Shown: piece after piece, positions 40,120-52,878 of the stretch
Layout: each line of letters starts with the position of its first letter
Position numbering within the stretch: the first letter of the stretch is position 1
Origin: Octopus vulgaris
Lineage: Eukaryota
NCBI GenBank assembly: GCA_951406725.2
Contig: OX597827.1
Coordinates: forward strand, 33,666,001-33,730,000
Length of the DNA stretch: 64,000 nt
Reading direction: 5' to 3'
Translations under genes and position numbers: made by a program
The notes under the pieces: model-generated
Database searches by the model: none
What the model saw: only the letters and a program-made list of their open reading frames with translations
What the model was told of the DNA's origin: nothing

Positions 40120-40400
40120 AGTTTGCGAAAACGAGGTGGAACGTTGGTTTACGTATTTAGATGACATATATTCAGTCATCCATCCATTTTCCCTGCCCAC
40201 TATTCCTGGGAGAGTCTTTAGAGTAGAGCCCTCAGGCACCTCATCCACAGGCTCCTATCAGAAGCAACCGTCATTATGCTTTCCGTTTGGATTCCCAAGC
40301 ATAACCACTGAGACCACAAGCTTCAAGAATCCGTCTTACATTCCTTTCCTGCGACATTCTAATCCCAAGTCCGTGACTGTGACCTCTAAGCTTCAGACGA
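40120..40400 (-). pseudogene. Possible pogo-type DDE transposase fragment
   Basis: LKTLPGIVGRENGWMTEY in ORF 40012-40248 resembles the pogo/DDE_1 NGWM motif. Confidence 0.35.
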
Positions 40401-41911
40401 CGTCTATATATATGATAATTCCAAAGAACATAACAATAATTTATCTTAATTCTTAGAAGTTACTCATAAATCTAGCATAACACCTAAATAACGATGTAAC
40501 TTAAACAACAACTGTCTGTTGATTGCCTGAAATCACCCAAATTTCCCAACTTTAATTCCAAGTAATATCAGATTCTTTCATTTAAGAGATAAAGTAATTG
40601 GCTGGTCGTAACCAAAATTCAGAGTTGCATCGATACACCAAAATTGAAAGCAATCCGAGCAAAATTAAAGGGGGCTCATTATGCGAATGAAAAAGACCAG
40701 ATTCTGTTTTCTTTACGTGCTAAAAAGGCAGAAGTAAATCTGCCGTCAACTCAGTCACGTGGCTGTGTTTCGCTTATTTTTTTGTGTGTTTTACTACATA
40801 AATGTCACCAACTGCCTACCCTGAGTAAATACTCACAGTACGTCCTGGCGTAGAGGCTCCAAAATCAATTGGTGTTGTTTAAACCCAAGCAAACTGTGAT
40901 CGGGCAGACCTACGATCAAAGGCGTTCGTCCTTTTTATTCAAACAATGTATCAAGTGTTACATTATCCAAATGAAGCTTTCTTCTTTCGTGTGACGATAG
41001 GGTATCATTTGAGATGGCTTTGACTGTTATTTCTAACAGATTAAGTATCACCGTAGAGGCTATTGTTTGTGGTCGCTGATTCCTAAATGCACTACATCGC
41101 GGCAGAATTTGAGCTAAAAAACCCAAACACTGAATTTAGGCCAGTATTGTTCTACTTCCACAAATTCCCTCCTGAACTAGGCAGGCCTACATTAGGATCT
41201 TTGTGAATAACGGGTTGAAAGAAATAGACACATAAGGCTACCAAAAATACTTTGCTACCTTGATCTTGAACTTAATCGTTCTCATATCACGACGGCTGCG
41301 ATGTTATTAGTGGTAGTAGTCATGGTATTGGCGACGGCGGCTTTCGTGGTGGTGGTTGTGACGGTACTGATGACAGCAGTGTTAGTAATGACGCTGGTGA
41401 TGGTGGTAACGGCGTGGAGTGGCAGCGGTGATAGTAGTGGTGGTGATGGCTTTAGTAGCGGTGGTTGTCATGATGATGACGAGAGCAGCTCCGACTTTTT
41501 GTTAATAATTGTATATACTTCGAGTGTGTTGTCCAAGTGGCACTCATGGTGGATCTTTCAGCCTTCCATGGTTACAATCATGAGTTTGCATGCTTGATGT
41601 GTTTAATGTAACATCTGAATTTGCTAAAAATAAATTGGGATCTTTTCTGTTGGTTTGCCAAGATTTCAAAAATCAAAGTTTATTTAAATTTTAAAATTTG
41701 GTACATTAATGTAGTTTTTCAAGCTGAATTGCTGGAGTTATTTAACTTTTTCCAGAAAAAAAAAAATTTTTTTTAAAGTTATAGAGGTTTAAAGTTTGAT
41801 CATTTTCACTCAGTCAGGAAACAGGATTTGGAAGCTGTCATTTTGTGCGTGACTGTACATTTTGTCAACATCCTGAAAATAGCACCTATGTTTTTATATG
41901 AAACCCTAAAC

Positions 41912-44732
41912 CAGGGTTCCGCCAGTACAGTCCAGGGGTTCCATAAGAAGTTACATAAATGCTAAACTCGACAGTAATTTTTAATTCCCCTGTGCAGATA
42001 TGTGTGTACATGTTAGGCCTACGTGTACATCTACGAGTTGCTCGCCAGCGTAGATGACCCTGATCCTTGGTGTGTACATGTACGTGCACATCTACGAATT
42101 GCATTCCTGCTTAGATGATGGTTTAGTTATCTTTTGTAAAATACGAGTGACTATATTTGGAAGAAACATTTTAACTGCGTAAGCCATTTAGGTGTTGTTA
42201 ATACGCCTTTTAAAAGATCTTTAGCTTTTTAAAAGGTGTTTTTGTAAAATCTTTTTCTTGTATGACGTCTATTAATATTTGGTCAAATGTTAAGATTAAA
42301 AAATTCGAGAGTTGAATTACATATGTAGAAAAAAAATAATAGGGAAACTGATACTAAATTATAAGATATGTAAATATGCATAAATATTAATTCCTTACAA
42401 ATTTCTGAATTAGAACAATGAACAAATAAACGACATTTTAAATTCAAATCCGAAAATCTATTTTATTATTATATGCATATTGTTTAAATATAATCAAATA
42501 CCTATTACTAAAAAACATTAATAAAAAAAGCTAAATTTTACATCATTAAACTCGCTATACTTTAAAGATCATTTGATCCTGCCACTATTAGGTTTGCTTT
42601 TATATACATACAATTCTGCTTACAGCCTTACAAGTATGGATAGATTTCTGAAAAAGACGTAAGTTAGATACAGATGAAGAGACGCAGGGTCTGAGGCAAT
42701 CTGTTGAAGCTGCAATCACTGCCAGTGATGCTGCTTCGTCGAAATTACCAAGAAATGATGGAATTAACCTGCAACTAAAAGTTCGTCAATATTGTGAAAA
42801 CTACATAGCTCTGGGATACTTGGAATGGAAACCCAGACTGCTCTTCACCTTTGTGTACTGTTTCTGGGGAGAAGCTGGCTAATAGTGCTATGGCACCAGC
42901 CAAACTGAAACGACACTTAACGACTAAACATCCAGAGTTGTCAGGCAAAAAAAATGAACAATATTTTAAAAGAGAATTGGCATTTAATAAAAGGCAAGTT
43001 TCTATGTTTGCCAAAAAGTTCAAATTGAGTGACAAAGGACAAGAAGCAAGTTATACTGTGGCGGAGATAGTTGCAAGAAAAATGAAATCTCATACCATCG
43101 CTGAAACTGTAATTTTACCTGCATGCCAGGAAATAGTGAGGCTAATGTTTGGAGAGGATGCTATATCAGATCTAAATAAAATTCCACTTTCTGACAACAC
43201 AATAAGTAGGCGCATTCAAGACATGTTAGGAGATATTGAGTGCAATATTAAGTCAAAAATACTGAAACATAAGTTGTTTGCACTTCAAGTTGATAAGAGT
43301 ACAGACATCACTGGTAAATCCCAGCTCCTTGTATTTGTTCGTTTTATTAATGATGAAGCTATTGTAGAAGACGTCCTGTGTTGCAAAGAGTTGCCAGAAA
43401 CAAGAAAAGGACAAGATGTATTTGATGTTTTAAATTCATATTTAGAGTATTGTGGATTGAACTGGAAAAACTGTGTTGGTATTTGTACAGATGGTGCCCC
43501 TTGCAATGACAGGATGTCTTAAAGGCTTTGTCCCAATCGCACAAAAACAAAATCCAAATGTTTCATTCATAGAGAAGTACTAGCTGCTAAAACTATTGGA
43601 CCTGAACAAAAATCTGCATTGGATATGGTAGTGAAAATAGATAATTACTTCAAAATGAGGCCACTTAAATGTCGACAGTTTGCGAAACTTTGTTGGGGTA
43701 TGGAAGTAGGCCATTCCACCTTAATCCAGCACACAGAAATACGATGGTTGTCAAGGGGAAAAGTATTGTCCCGTTTTTACGAATTAAGAGAAGAGTCATT
43801 GACCTTTTGTTTGCAAGAAAACCTGAAAGACTTTGTAGAATGTTTGAGTGATGACCATTGGTGTTCCAAGTTAGCATATCTTGCCGATATATTTCATGAG
43901 GTAAGCCTCTTGAACAATGGCATGCAGGGCAGGAACGAAAATATCTTGTCTTCTACTGACAAAATAAATGCTTTTCAGAAGAAACTGACAATATGGAAGA
44001 AACGCAAAGCTGCAGGAAATTTGGAAATGTTTCCAAGTGTTTTTAAAAGGAATTGTCAAGAAAATGCGCTACTGATTTTGAACCATTTGCACACTTTGTT
44101 AACAAATCTTGACAAATATTTTCCATCGATATCTGTTGACCAGTATGACTGGATTAGAAACCCATTTGTAGAATTTGAGCCATTTGAAGAACAGTTCTCA
44201 TTAACAGAAGAAGAACTTGCTAGTTTTTTAAATGACAGACCATTAAAGTTGAAGCATTCTGAGCTTCACCTAAATGCATTTTGGTTGCTGGTTGAAAAGG
44301 AATATCCTGCAATCGCCCAGAAAGTGAGTTTGGATTTTCAGCCCTGACAACCATCAAGCACAAGAAGCGAGCACAATTGCTGTCGTGTGTGTCTATCGAC
44401 CCAATCTTAAAGAGTTGTGCAAGAAACACCAGGCTCAAGTTTCTCATTGAGTTTTTGATGAGAATAAATGTAATCTATTCAAACTAAAGTTTTTTTAATA
44501 CATGTTTTAATAATAACTGTAGATGCAAGAATAAAGTTGCATATGTACTTGACAATTTTTTTACAGTTTGTGATTTTATTGTAAATAAATCTGAACATGA
44601 GTATTTTCATTTCATTAATTAAATGCTGTTTTTTTTTTTGCATAAGACAATTAAATTATTGCACAGGGGTTCCTCGAGCCAGTGGAATGTTTCCTTGGGG
44701 TTCCGCTCCAGCAAAAAGGTTGAAAAGCACTG
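41912..44732 (+). mobile_element. hAT Buster/Charlie-type DNA transposon, about 2.8 kb
   Basis: Perfect 8-bp TSD CCCTAAAC at 41904-41911 and 44733-44740, fitting the nnnTAnnn Buster target. Right TIR GGTTGAAAAGCACTG. Internal transposase. Confidence 0.93.
42636..44450 (+). pseudogene. Frameshifted Buster transposase (ZBED5/SCAND3-like)
   Basis: MDRFLK start, BED finger (EKLANSAMAPAKLKRHLTTKH), LSDNTISRRI, ALQVDKSTD, CTDGA, CFIHRE, IRWLSRG, KLAYLADIF, WIRNPF and a QAQVSH-stop end. It is split over ORFs 42851-43522 and 43619-44347. Confidence 0.93.
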
Positions 44733-45034
44733 CCCTAAACAAATGAATTCCGCATGACATATAACTCGTCATAACTTTTTTTTTTAAGTTTTCAGAAAAT
44801 TGTTGCGAATTTGTATTCTACACGCGGGACTTCATACGATTATGCAAAAGAAAAAAAAATTGTGGGGGTGCGTGATTTAAGGCCTACTTAGCTGTTATTT
44901 TTAGCACACCTCACAACCACCTCAATGACAAAAACAAAACAAGTAAACAACACGTATTTTGTAGTTTTAAGCATTAAATATGCACTTAATGCGATAAGCA
45001 TCACATTACAAATTAAATATTTTAAAAAAACAAA

Positions 45035-45350
45035 CATCTCAACAATCTTCCCAGGACCACCAACCTTAACTGGATAACGGAGTAGGTCCTCCGCACATAC
45101 TTCCCTAACATAGCTGTAATAATCAACAGCTGTGCAATGGCTCATCCCCAGTTCTTCAACACAAAACCGGACTGAAGTCAATTCTTTAACCTATAAGAAA
45201 AGGAAAAGCACTACAGTCCTAAGAGGAGGGGTGCCACCTTCAAAGCAGACTCCATGCATCCTTGGCGCGTGCATCGCCAATACATATTCCTACCACGTTT
45301 TCTTGTACTCATAAAATGCTTCTTCGTTTTGCATAATTCTTTTCGGTGTA
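45035..45350 (-). pseudogene. Merlin (IS1016/ISXO2-like) transposase N-terminal fragment
   Basis: YWRCTRQGC zinc-ribbon-like segment, then LRTVVLFLFL*VKELTSVRFCVEELGMSHCTAVDYYSYVREVC...KVGGPGKIVE, the motif that precedes the first catalytic Asp in Merlin transposases. Confidence 0.8.
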
Positions 45351-45424
45351 CGAAACCGCATCCCCCTCTGGTACGTGATTTAAGGCCTATTTGGATGCTA
45401 TTTTTAGCACATATGATAACCATC

Positions 45425-46031
45425 GGATCTTTACCTTTTGACCCACAGATTTAAAAAATGATTTTTTGTAACTAAACACTTTCAAACTTCGGACACTGGT
45501 AGAATGTGTCATATAAAACATCTTTTACTCTTAGCATTTTTTAGAAAAAACTTATGTTTACGAAGTAATTTCACGTTAAAGTTGTCCTATTTCGGTAATT
45601 TCAACCAATCAATGACGTGTATTCAGCTGAATAAAATTACTGCCGTTGTTTGTCAACAACTATCGGCGGTGTGTTTTTCGTTTGTCACTGTTATTTATGA
45701 CATCGCTCTTGCGTTTGTACTGGTTTTAGCTTTAAGGTTTCAGGGTTAGGGTCGTCATAAATAACAGCGACAAACGAAAAATACACCGCCGGAAGTTCTT
45801 GTTGACAAACAACAGCAGGAATTTTATTCAGCTGAATACACGTCATTGATTGGTTGAAATTACCAAAATAGGGCTACTTTAACGTGAAATTACTTCGTAA
45901 ATAAAAGTTTTTCTCAAAAATGCTAAGAGTAAAAGATATTTTATATGACACATTCTACCAGTGTCTGAAGTTTGAAAGTGTTTAGTTACAAAAATTATTT
46001 TTTAAATCTGTAGGTCAAAAGGTAAAGATCC
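45425..46031. mobile_element. Palindromic Merlin-type MITE, family M2
   Basis: Inverted arms of about 277 bp (45425-45701 / 45754-46031) starting GGATCTTTACC. TSD TAACCATC / CAACCATC (7/8). The loop has degenerate TTAGGG. Confidence 0.92.
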
Positions 46032-47737
46032 CAACCATCTTAATGACTAGAACATATTAGTCAACACGTGCTTTCTCGCAGACAAAAGAGTTCTCATGTT
46101 TGGCTTGTTATTATGGAAACAGGCACGAATGTGTCTGTGGCTTACGATTGGCTAAAATTACCCCAAATTTTCAAACTTTAATAATTAATAACTCTTTATT
46201 TATTGATTTATTGCGAAAATGATTTTCATCGCATTGATTAGCCTCTAAAAGTGTTTCATTACACTGAATATGAAATCAATTTGAACAGAAATCGACCTTG
46301 GCAGCCAAATTGCCTGAAGATCATTTAAATGTATTGTTATCAATGTTAAGTCCGGTCTCGAGATTGTTTCTAACGTTACTAGTAATTACTATCAAGGTTT
46401 TTTCTTTCTTTTATTTTCTTTTTTATTTTGTATCGTCTGCAACTTCATAACCCATAAACCAACGAGAGAGCAGCCTCTTCATCAGTCATCAACAAATTGT
46501 GATCTCGGGACTATCTAAACGGTGCTCCTAACAAAAATTACCTTGAATTTTCATTTAGTAGTGCACCCTTCCTAATGATACACCATACCTCTTGCAACTC
46601 GCTTCTCGAAAAAGGTTGCCCATGCTTGCTCTACATGTTCGCTTGACCTGCTATAAAATTTAGCGAAATTTCTTTAAATCACAACTATATTGTCTTATAT
46701 GAAAAGAAAACATTAGATGATGTAATCCTTTACACATTTAAAAAAGACCTGGATGGTTATAGATGTGTTTGATCATAGGTCTACTCAATCAAAATCCATT
46801 GGGTTTAAACGACTATAATAAAACAATAGCAACGATGACACCATAAACCTAATAATTATTTCTCAGTAATGTTCAAGGTGTAAATTATAGGTACGAGTAT
46901 CTAAACCAACTAAACATGTTTATCTTACTATTTTATTAACCTACTATGGGATTAAAGACTTGCTGTTATTTTAAATGAAAACGCAATATGACAAAACCTA
47001 TATCCCTCAAGTGTAGGGATTCTTAATCAGGCTATTTATATTCACTCATGGTAACGGAAACAAAGTCTAGAGTAATGGGACTGAGTCGTTCAAAACTTCG
47101 TTTGTGGTAGCCAAGATTTTCGTTCAGAGCCTTGAGTTCGTGTTTTAGAGTAATTAAATTCCCCTCAAGAGCTTGTTGTGAAGAGTCACCATGCAGTTTT
47201 GTTAATATGTTAATAAGATGTGACTAATGAGGTGTAAACTCATTGCTCCTTTTACATTTTATTAAGTTTTTAACTATCCAATATGGCGTCGAAGATTGCT
47301 GATGTTTTCTTCAAGTTTTGTCTTCCATCTAAATTGTTTCGATTTCATACTCCCATTACCATGTATACTGCAGATTTCTCCTAGGTGTACTTTAACAGTT
47401 ATAGCAGCTGGGTGTATGAGAGTATTAATACTCCATGTGCTTTCCAACGACATCATCGTTAACTTTCAACATGAGAGCTGTTGCATTTTTAAAAAACTCT
47501 TGTTAAGAATCGCCTTTTACTTAACGATAGTTTTGAAGCAGTAGAAAAGTTTTCCATGAACTGTAGTCTGAGGATATTTCTAAGTTAAATATATCCCATT
47601 GTTGCGTCTGTTGACTCAACTACGAGAGAATTTAGCGATGGCGGCGGTTTGTTTACATTATTTTTGATCTCTCTTTTGGCAGGTTTTGGCCAGTTCTCAG
47701 TGTTTTGAGAAGACCGATTGCATCACTAGGGCAAGTA

Positions 47738-48075
47738 TGTATGTTTTATGTATGTATGCATGTACGTATGTATGTATGTATGTATGTATGTATGTATGTA
47801 TGTATGTATGTATGTATGTATGTATGTATGTAGGTAGGTAGGTATTAGGTAGGTAGGTAGGTACGTACGTACATACGTGTGTCATCGTTCAGTTTTATTT
47901 CAAGATTTCTTGCCAATAGAGAAAGAGCCGGTTTTTAACCTAGATCCAAGTTTCCTTCATTGGAGTTTCAACATCAGCAAGATATTTTTGTATGTATGTA
48001 TGTATGTATGTATGTATGTATGTATGTATGTATGTATGTATGTGTGTGTGTATGTATGTATGCATGCAAGTATGC
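47738..48075. repeat. (TATG)n microsatellites
   Basis: Two tracts, at about 47738-47860 and 47989-48075. Confidence 0.95.
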
Positions 48076-48702
48076 ATGCATGGTAAGCCTGGTAACATCT
48101 GTTGCATGGTTAGGTCGTCGACGATTAAAGTGGCAACCCCATCAAGCTTGCTTGATGAGGATGGTGATTGTTGAACACCATGTAAGACGAAAAATAAGAC
48201 CTGTCAAAGGGCGGAAGAACTTATGAACAGTCAACAGCCATTCACCAATATGCGTACACGTGTAGGTATGCATGTAAACGCGGGGACGTGGAAATACCTG
48301 GGTTGGTGTCCGGGCGCGCGGTTGGCCCATTGGGAGTTGGAGGTCCCTCTGTTTTGTCACAACATCTCTCTAGGAGAGGGAAACACTGAGAGAAAACTTG
48401 CGACACAGACAATATTCGATGATGTAAACTAGTTCTTTTCGAGTTTATGTTGTCCATGTTCAGAGAGTAGGGTTGGATTTATGCAAATCCTTTTCCCACT
48501 ATAAAAAATCATCATGCACAGGCATCGTTTGTAAAAACGCAAGACCTATCACAACATGGCTGGTCGTAGCCTTCGCATGTGTGAGACTTTCGATCAGGCG
48601 ATGGCAACACTTGAACACAAGTTTGCAGCCATTATGGTAAGCCTGTATATTATAGGCTTGTAGCGCACACTAGAGTGAAATTCCTCTCTCCTTTATTATA
48701 TA

Positions 48703-49217
48703 CTAGCAGTATCGCCCGGCGTTGCTCGGGTTTGTAAGGGAAATAACTATATAAGCATTTTTAGAGAGTTACTTCCCTTATAGATGCCAACTCGGGCTTT
48801 CTTAGCCATTTCTGTTTTGGTGTCTTCAAGCCATGAAGTCGTTGTTCTAAAAGAACGCTGGTCTCCTTGACAACGCTTGACGACGTTGATTTCCTTATAC
48901 TCCCTTCTCCACAGCTTCACGAGGGAGGGAAGAAGGGGGAGAAGCAAACAGGTGCAGGTGTGACCATGGACGCCAACTCCGCCGCCATCGACACACGAAA
49001 AATTATGCATTAAAATGGAATAAAAAATGATGTTAAATTATTTTTAAAATCGTAGACTCATCGTAGACGCGCGCTAATACTCAGACGGGCTCGATATGAA
49101 TCACGACTATAAGATACCCGAATTTGGTTAAACTGCACCGCAAAATGTGGGAGTAGTTAGGAATCTAAATCGAAGGGGACAGACACTCACACAACTACAG
49201 TTTTATATATATATAGA
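48703..49217 (-). mobile_element. Non-autonomous Helitron
   Basis: On minus it starts A|TCTATATATATATAAAA and ends with the hairpin CCCGAGCAACGCCGGG followed by CTAG|T. It is inserted between A and T with no TSD. Confidence 0.85.
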
Positions 49218-49759
49218 TATGTACATTCGGACGTAGCTGATAACAGTTAACCTTTGGCCGCTATTTGGACCCCGTTTTGTCCACTACTCTGATTGGTTGG
49301 TATTGGCGCAATTTGTCTCTTACTCTGTCGTTCCAACATGCAGCGTATAACCAGTCAGAGCCCCTAAGTAAAATCACGTGAGACAGCTTTTTCTCAACCC
49401 CGTTTGAACCTACTGCTTCTTATAAAAACCCAGCTTTTCCTCGTCTCGAGGTCTTTGGTTGCAGACCTTTAAAGGTCTAGCCGCTGACCACACGCATACA
49501 CAGCTCAAGCTTGATCACAATTCCTTCTATAATGGTGACCACGACGTGAACACGCATAACCACGTGACCACGATCATCTAACGGCTTACCAGAATTTCAT
49601 AGGCTCAAAGTGGTATAAACTTCAAATTATAGGTATCAAACCACGCCAACCTCAAATTTAGAGGTATCATAGTTATAGGTGCTTATATGAAAAACTTCTG
49701 TAACGGGTGAGATTGATTATTTTTGTATCGATTGAAATTTAATTGTGACGGTTAAGATT

Positions 49760-50545
49760 TGTTATTATAATAGCCCTTGTAATTGTGCCGAGAGTGTTTG
49801 AATCTGAGCAGCCTGTTGAGCCAGGAGTGCACATAGTTCCAGTAGTTCAGAGGAATCCGAAGAAGCAGCAAAAGGATTGTTGGAAGATATTGGAGCCATT
49901 GTCGAAAACGAGTTGGCTGCCTCAGCGATTCGATCTGCTGTCTCGGCCAATTCATCGACAGTGGCCGATTCTTTTGTAGATGCCAGTATTACTTGTGTGT
50001 TGGCAGGCAGACGTTTCGGGAATATCCCATCTGCAAGGTGTGATCAACTAGCATAGTTGCTTCATCCGTCATAATAGTTGTGACGGAGTTTTATCACCCA
50101 GCTCTTCGGAAATTAAAAGTTGCTGCAGTTGCCGCTGCTCCGAGTCAGAGGTCCTTTTATGAATTAAATCTTAAAAGTGTCGTAAGACACGGGACCTGGT
50201 GGGGCCATAATCAAGTCCCTGACCGCCATCATTATTTCAGGTGAAAGAGCACCAATTAAGTACGTTAATTCCGCTGCGTCGCTCGTTATGCTATTTGCAG
50301 CAAACAGAACCACGACGTGGGTGAACGAGAGGGCCGGATCGAAAGAGCAGAAGGATGGCAGTTTTATTGAAATTGCGGCCTGAGGCAGTGCCATGACTAC
50401 GGAAGAAAAGGATGCAGGCGCGTCTTGCTCTGGAAAGTGCATATATAATAAAAAAAGAGGTGGTAATTTTTCTTTACACAGGGTCACCAAGTTGTTGGTA
50501 ATGCAGCTTCAGAAGGCAACAATTCTTTCGCTCGGGGTCGCCAGT
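49760..50545 (-). pseudogene. Gypsy gag remnant with primer-binding site
   Basis: AISIKLPSF...DPAL.F...ITSD....YLIGALSPE....VRDLIMAPP...YDTFK, then SEQRQLQQLL.SEELGD and AETADRI. A PBS-like TGGCGACCCCGAG follows ...GTTACA (LTR end at 50546 on plus). Confidence 0.85.
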
Positions 50546-52246
50546 TGTAACGATAAAAATTTGTTGTTATAACGGCATTGTGTAGGATGTGAAAGATAAA
50601 CAATGCATGAAGTTTTAAGAAAGTATTTATTTACCGTTATGTTGAAAATATCTTGCCTCGACGAGAAGGTGAAAAAAATCCAAGAGCATGCGAAAGAAAG
50701 TTAGATGTGGTAGAATTTTTCTTTGTATAGTTTTGTGTACACGTTTTTTTTAGCAGTAAGCTACCGATAGCGATAGAATGATGTTGTAAGATAGCAGATA
50801 TAGAGCTAGTGAAAGTTGTAGGGTCATGGGAAGGCGTCTCATAGCTGCTGACAGTAAATTTCATTTCTCTCGCTGACCATTGTCTTTAGTAGCTGCCTTG
50901 CTTTGGATCATGACTTTACCGGTCCGTTCCCTAACTGATTGAGTTGTCACGAGCCTACTCACTCAGTTATCACCAAGTGACCACTCGGTTTTTGTTTGGG
51001 GGTTCTTGCTTTTATAACTATCCAGAAGACATTATTTCGGCCTAGCTAAAGGCAATCTGGCAAATGTAAAATGGCTGTCAGAAAAAAATCATTGTGAGAA
51101 AAGAACTGTTGAACTGTTAATTTAAATTTGGCTATGGGGGATCGAATCCACTTCATGCTGCATGATCCAACACTTCTATGACCCAATTTTCTTTATGCAG
51201 AATGTGTATCCATTTTCTGATTTTCAAATAACCAGAGAGTTTGGGCATGCTTAGGTACCTGTTCATTATTTAAGATAATAAGGTGGGAAAATAATAAACT
51301 TTTATTAATTCTATGATATATTCGGAATTCTGGAAATTTTAAAGCTCGAAGTCATTAAGACTACAACAGCTACTTGTGATTTGAGAGTACAATTACAATC
51401 TAAGTACATTACATACTCGCTGGACCTCTGGTAAAGACAACCAGTACTGGGCTTAGACTGAGCTACGACATGAATATGTTTGTTATTTTGTATGAGTTGC
51501 GCACGTCAGCGTTTTAGTGTTTCCTTCACAGGGATTTAAGTCATTTCAGTGTTAAATGGAACGCATTTCCTGAGCAGATAGAAGACCATGACAGACCCTA
51601 TGTATGTATATATAATATACGTATATTTCTTTGTGTCATTTTGTATGTATTCTGTTCTTACAACTCATCTATTTTGTTTACTGACTTTTTGTTTACAGAC
51701 TTCATAATTTCTGTTACCGTACAGAGCTTTATTTTTTCTGTCCTTGTTCGTTCATTATGACTGCTCGTATACATCCCAACAGCCAAATTGGACAATATTA
51801 TCAAAGCGAGTCGAAATTGTCTCCAATGTTTGCTTTGACATAGTTTCTACAGCAGAATACCTTTTCTAATACCAACTACTTTACCCGCAGGAAAAGACTC
51901 CTCAACTGATGTAGTTATTGAGTGTGGTGACTTTGTGCCAGATGAAGAGAGGTGACATGAGATACATGACTATTCCAGTAGGAAAAGGAGAGATGGTAAA
52001 AGAGGCATCAGTTACATGAAGTGAGTAGAACAGAGTGCTCCAGAGGATTAGAGAGAGTGAGTGGATGGGTTAGTTCGCAAGTTGTAAAAGGAGAGTGGTA
52101 GATGGATAGAGATGAAGATAGAGGTGAACGCAGTCAATGGATGGCTCTTGCGTGATATTCCCATTGGTCTCAGTTTCAACTCCTATGGTCTCAGTTTCAA
52201 TTCTCATGGTTCTGGTTTCACTTCTGAAAGTTATGGTAAGCCAATT

Positions 52247-52247
52247 A

Positions 52248-52320
<73 letters not shown>

Positions 52321-52362
52321 GTCTGTCTGTCTGTCTGTCTGTCTATATACACACACTTACTC

Positions 52363-52393
<31 letters not shown>

Positions 52394-52395
52394 TG
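52247..52395. repeat. (TATC)n(TGTC)n(TATG)n compound microsatellite
   Basis: Seen directly in the sequence. Confidence 0.95.
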
Positions 52396-52878
52396 AATGG
52401 TGTGTATACTATATGAGCATGTATATGTTGTGTTCTTTTACCCCGAGAAAACGAATTCTGTAATCGAGTGGTTGATAGGATGAATTTAAATCTCCTTGAA
52501 GATGGTACCCAAGCATCGCCATATTCTAATGACCAAAACAACATTTTCCAGTCATTTTGATTGGTCTTGTACTTCTACAGAAATCAAAAGGCGGACTACT
52601 GATACTAAACTAAACATACGAAATATTTAATACTTTTTTAAAGAAGAACAAGGATTGGCAGAAACGGAAGACCATTGCTTTGCGAGCCTTTGTCTTGGTA
52701 CTTTTTAAGTTCAAATTCTACCAAGAATGAATTTCGTAAAATTACTATTTTGCCTATTTTGGTGTTGTTTTTAAAAAATAAACTATATCCTTCCACTTCA
52801 AAATTTTGCATCTCGGATGTACAATATTTTCGTATCATTTATTGTTCAGCAATATCACTTTGTAGTTATTCAAGTTAG

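Noticed and set aside
41301-41597. 98-aa ORF resembling a signal-peptide/membrane protein
   Set aside because: It derives from degenerate (GTG/GTA/GAT)n trinucleotide repeats.
41638-46322. A single large Merlin element from GGATCTTTTCTG (41638) to GAAGATC (46322)
   Set aside because: The ends match only loosely and no TSD was found. It is left unresolved.
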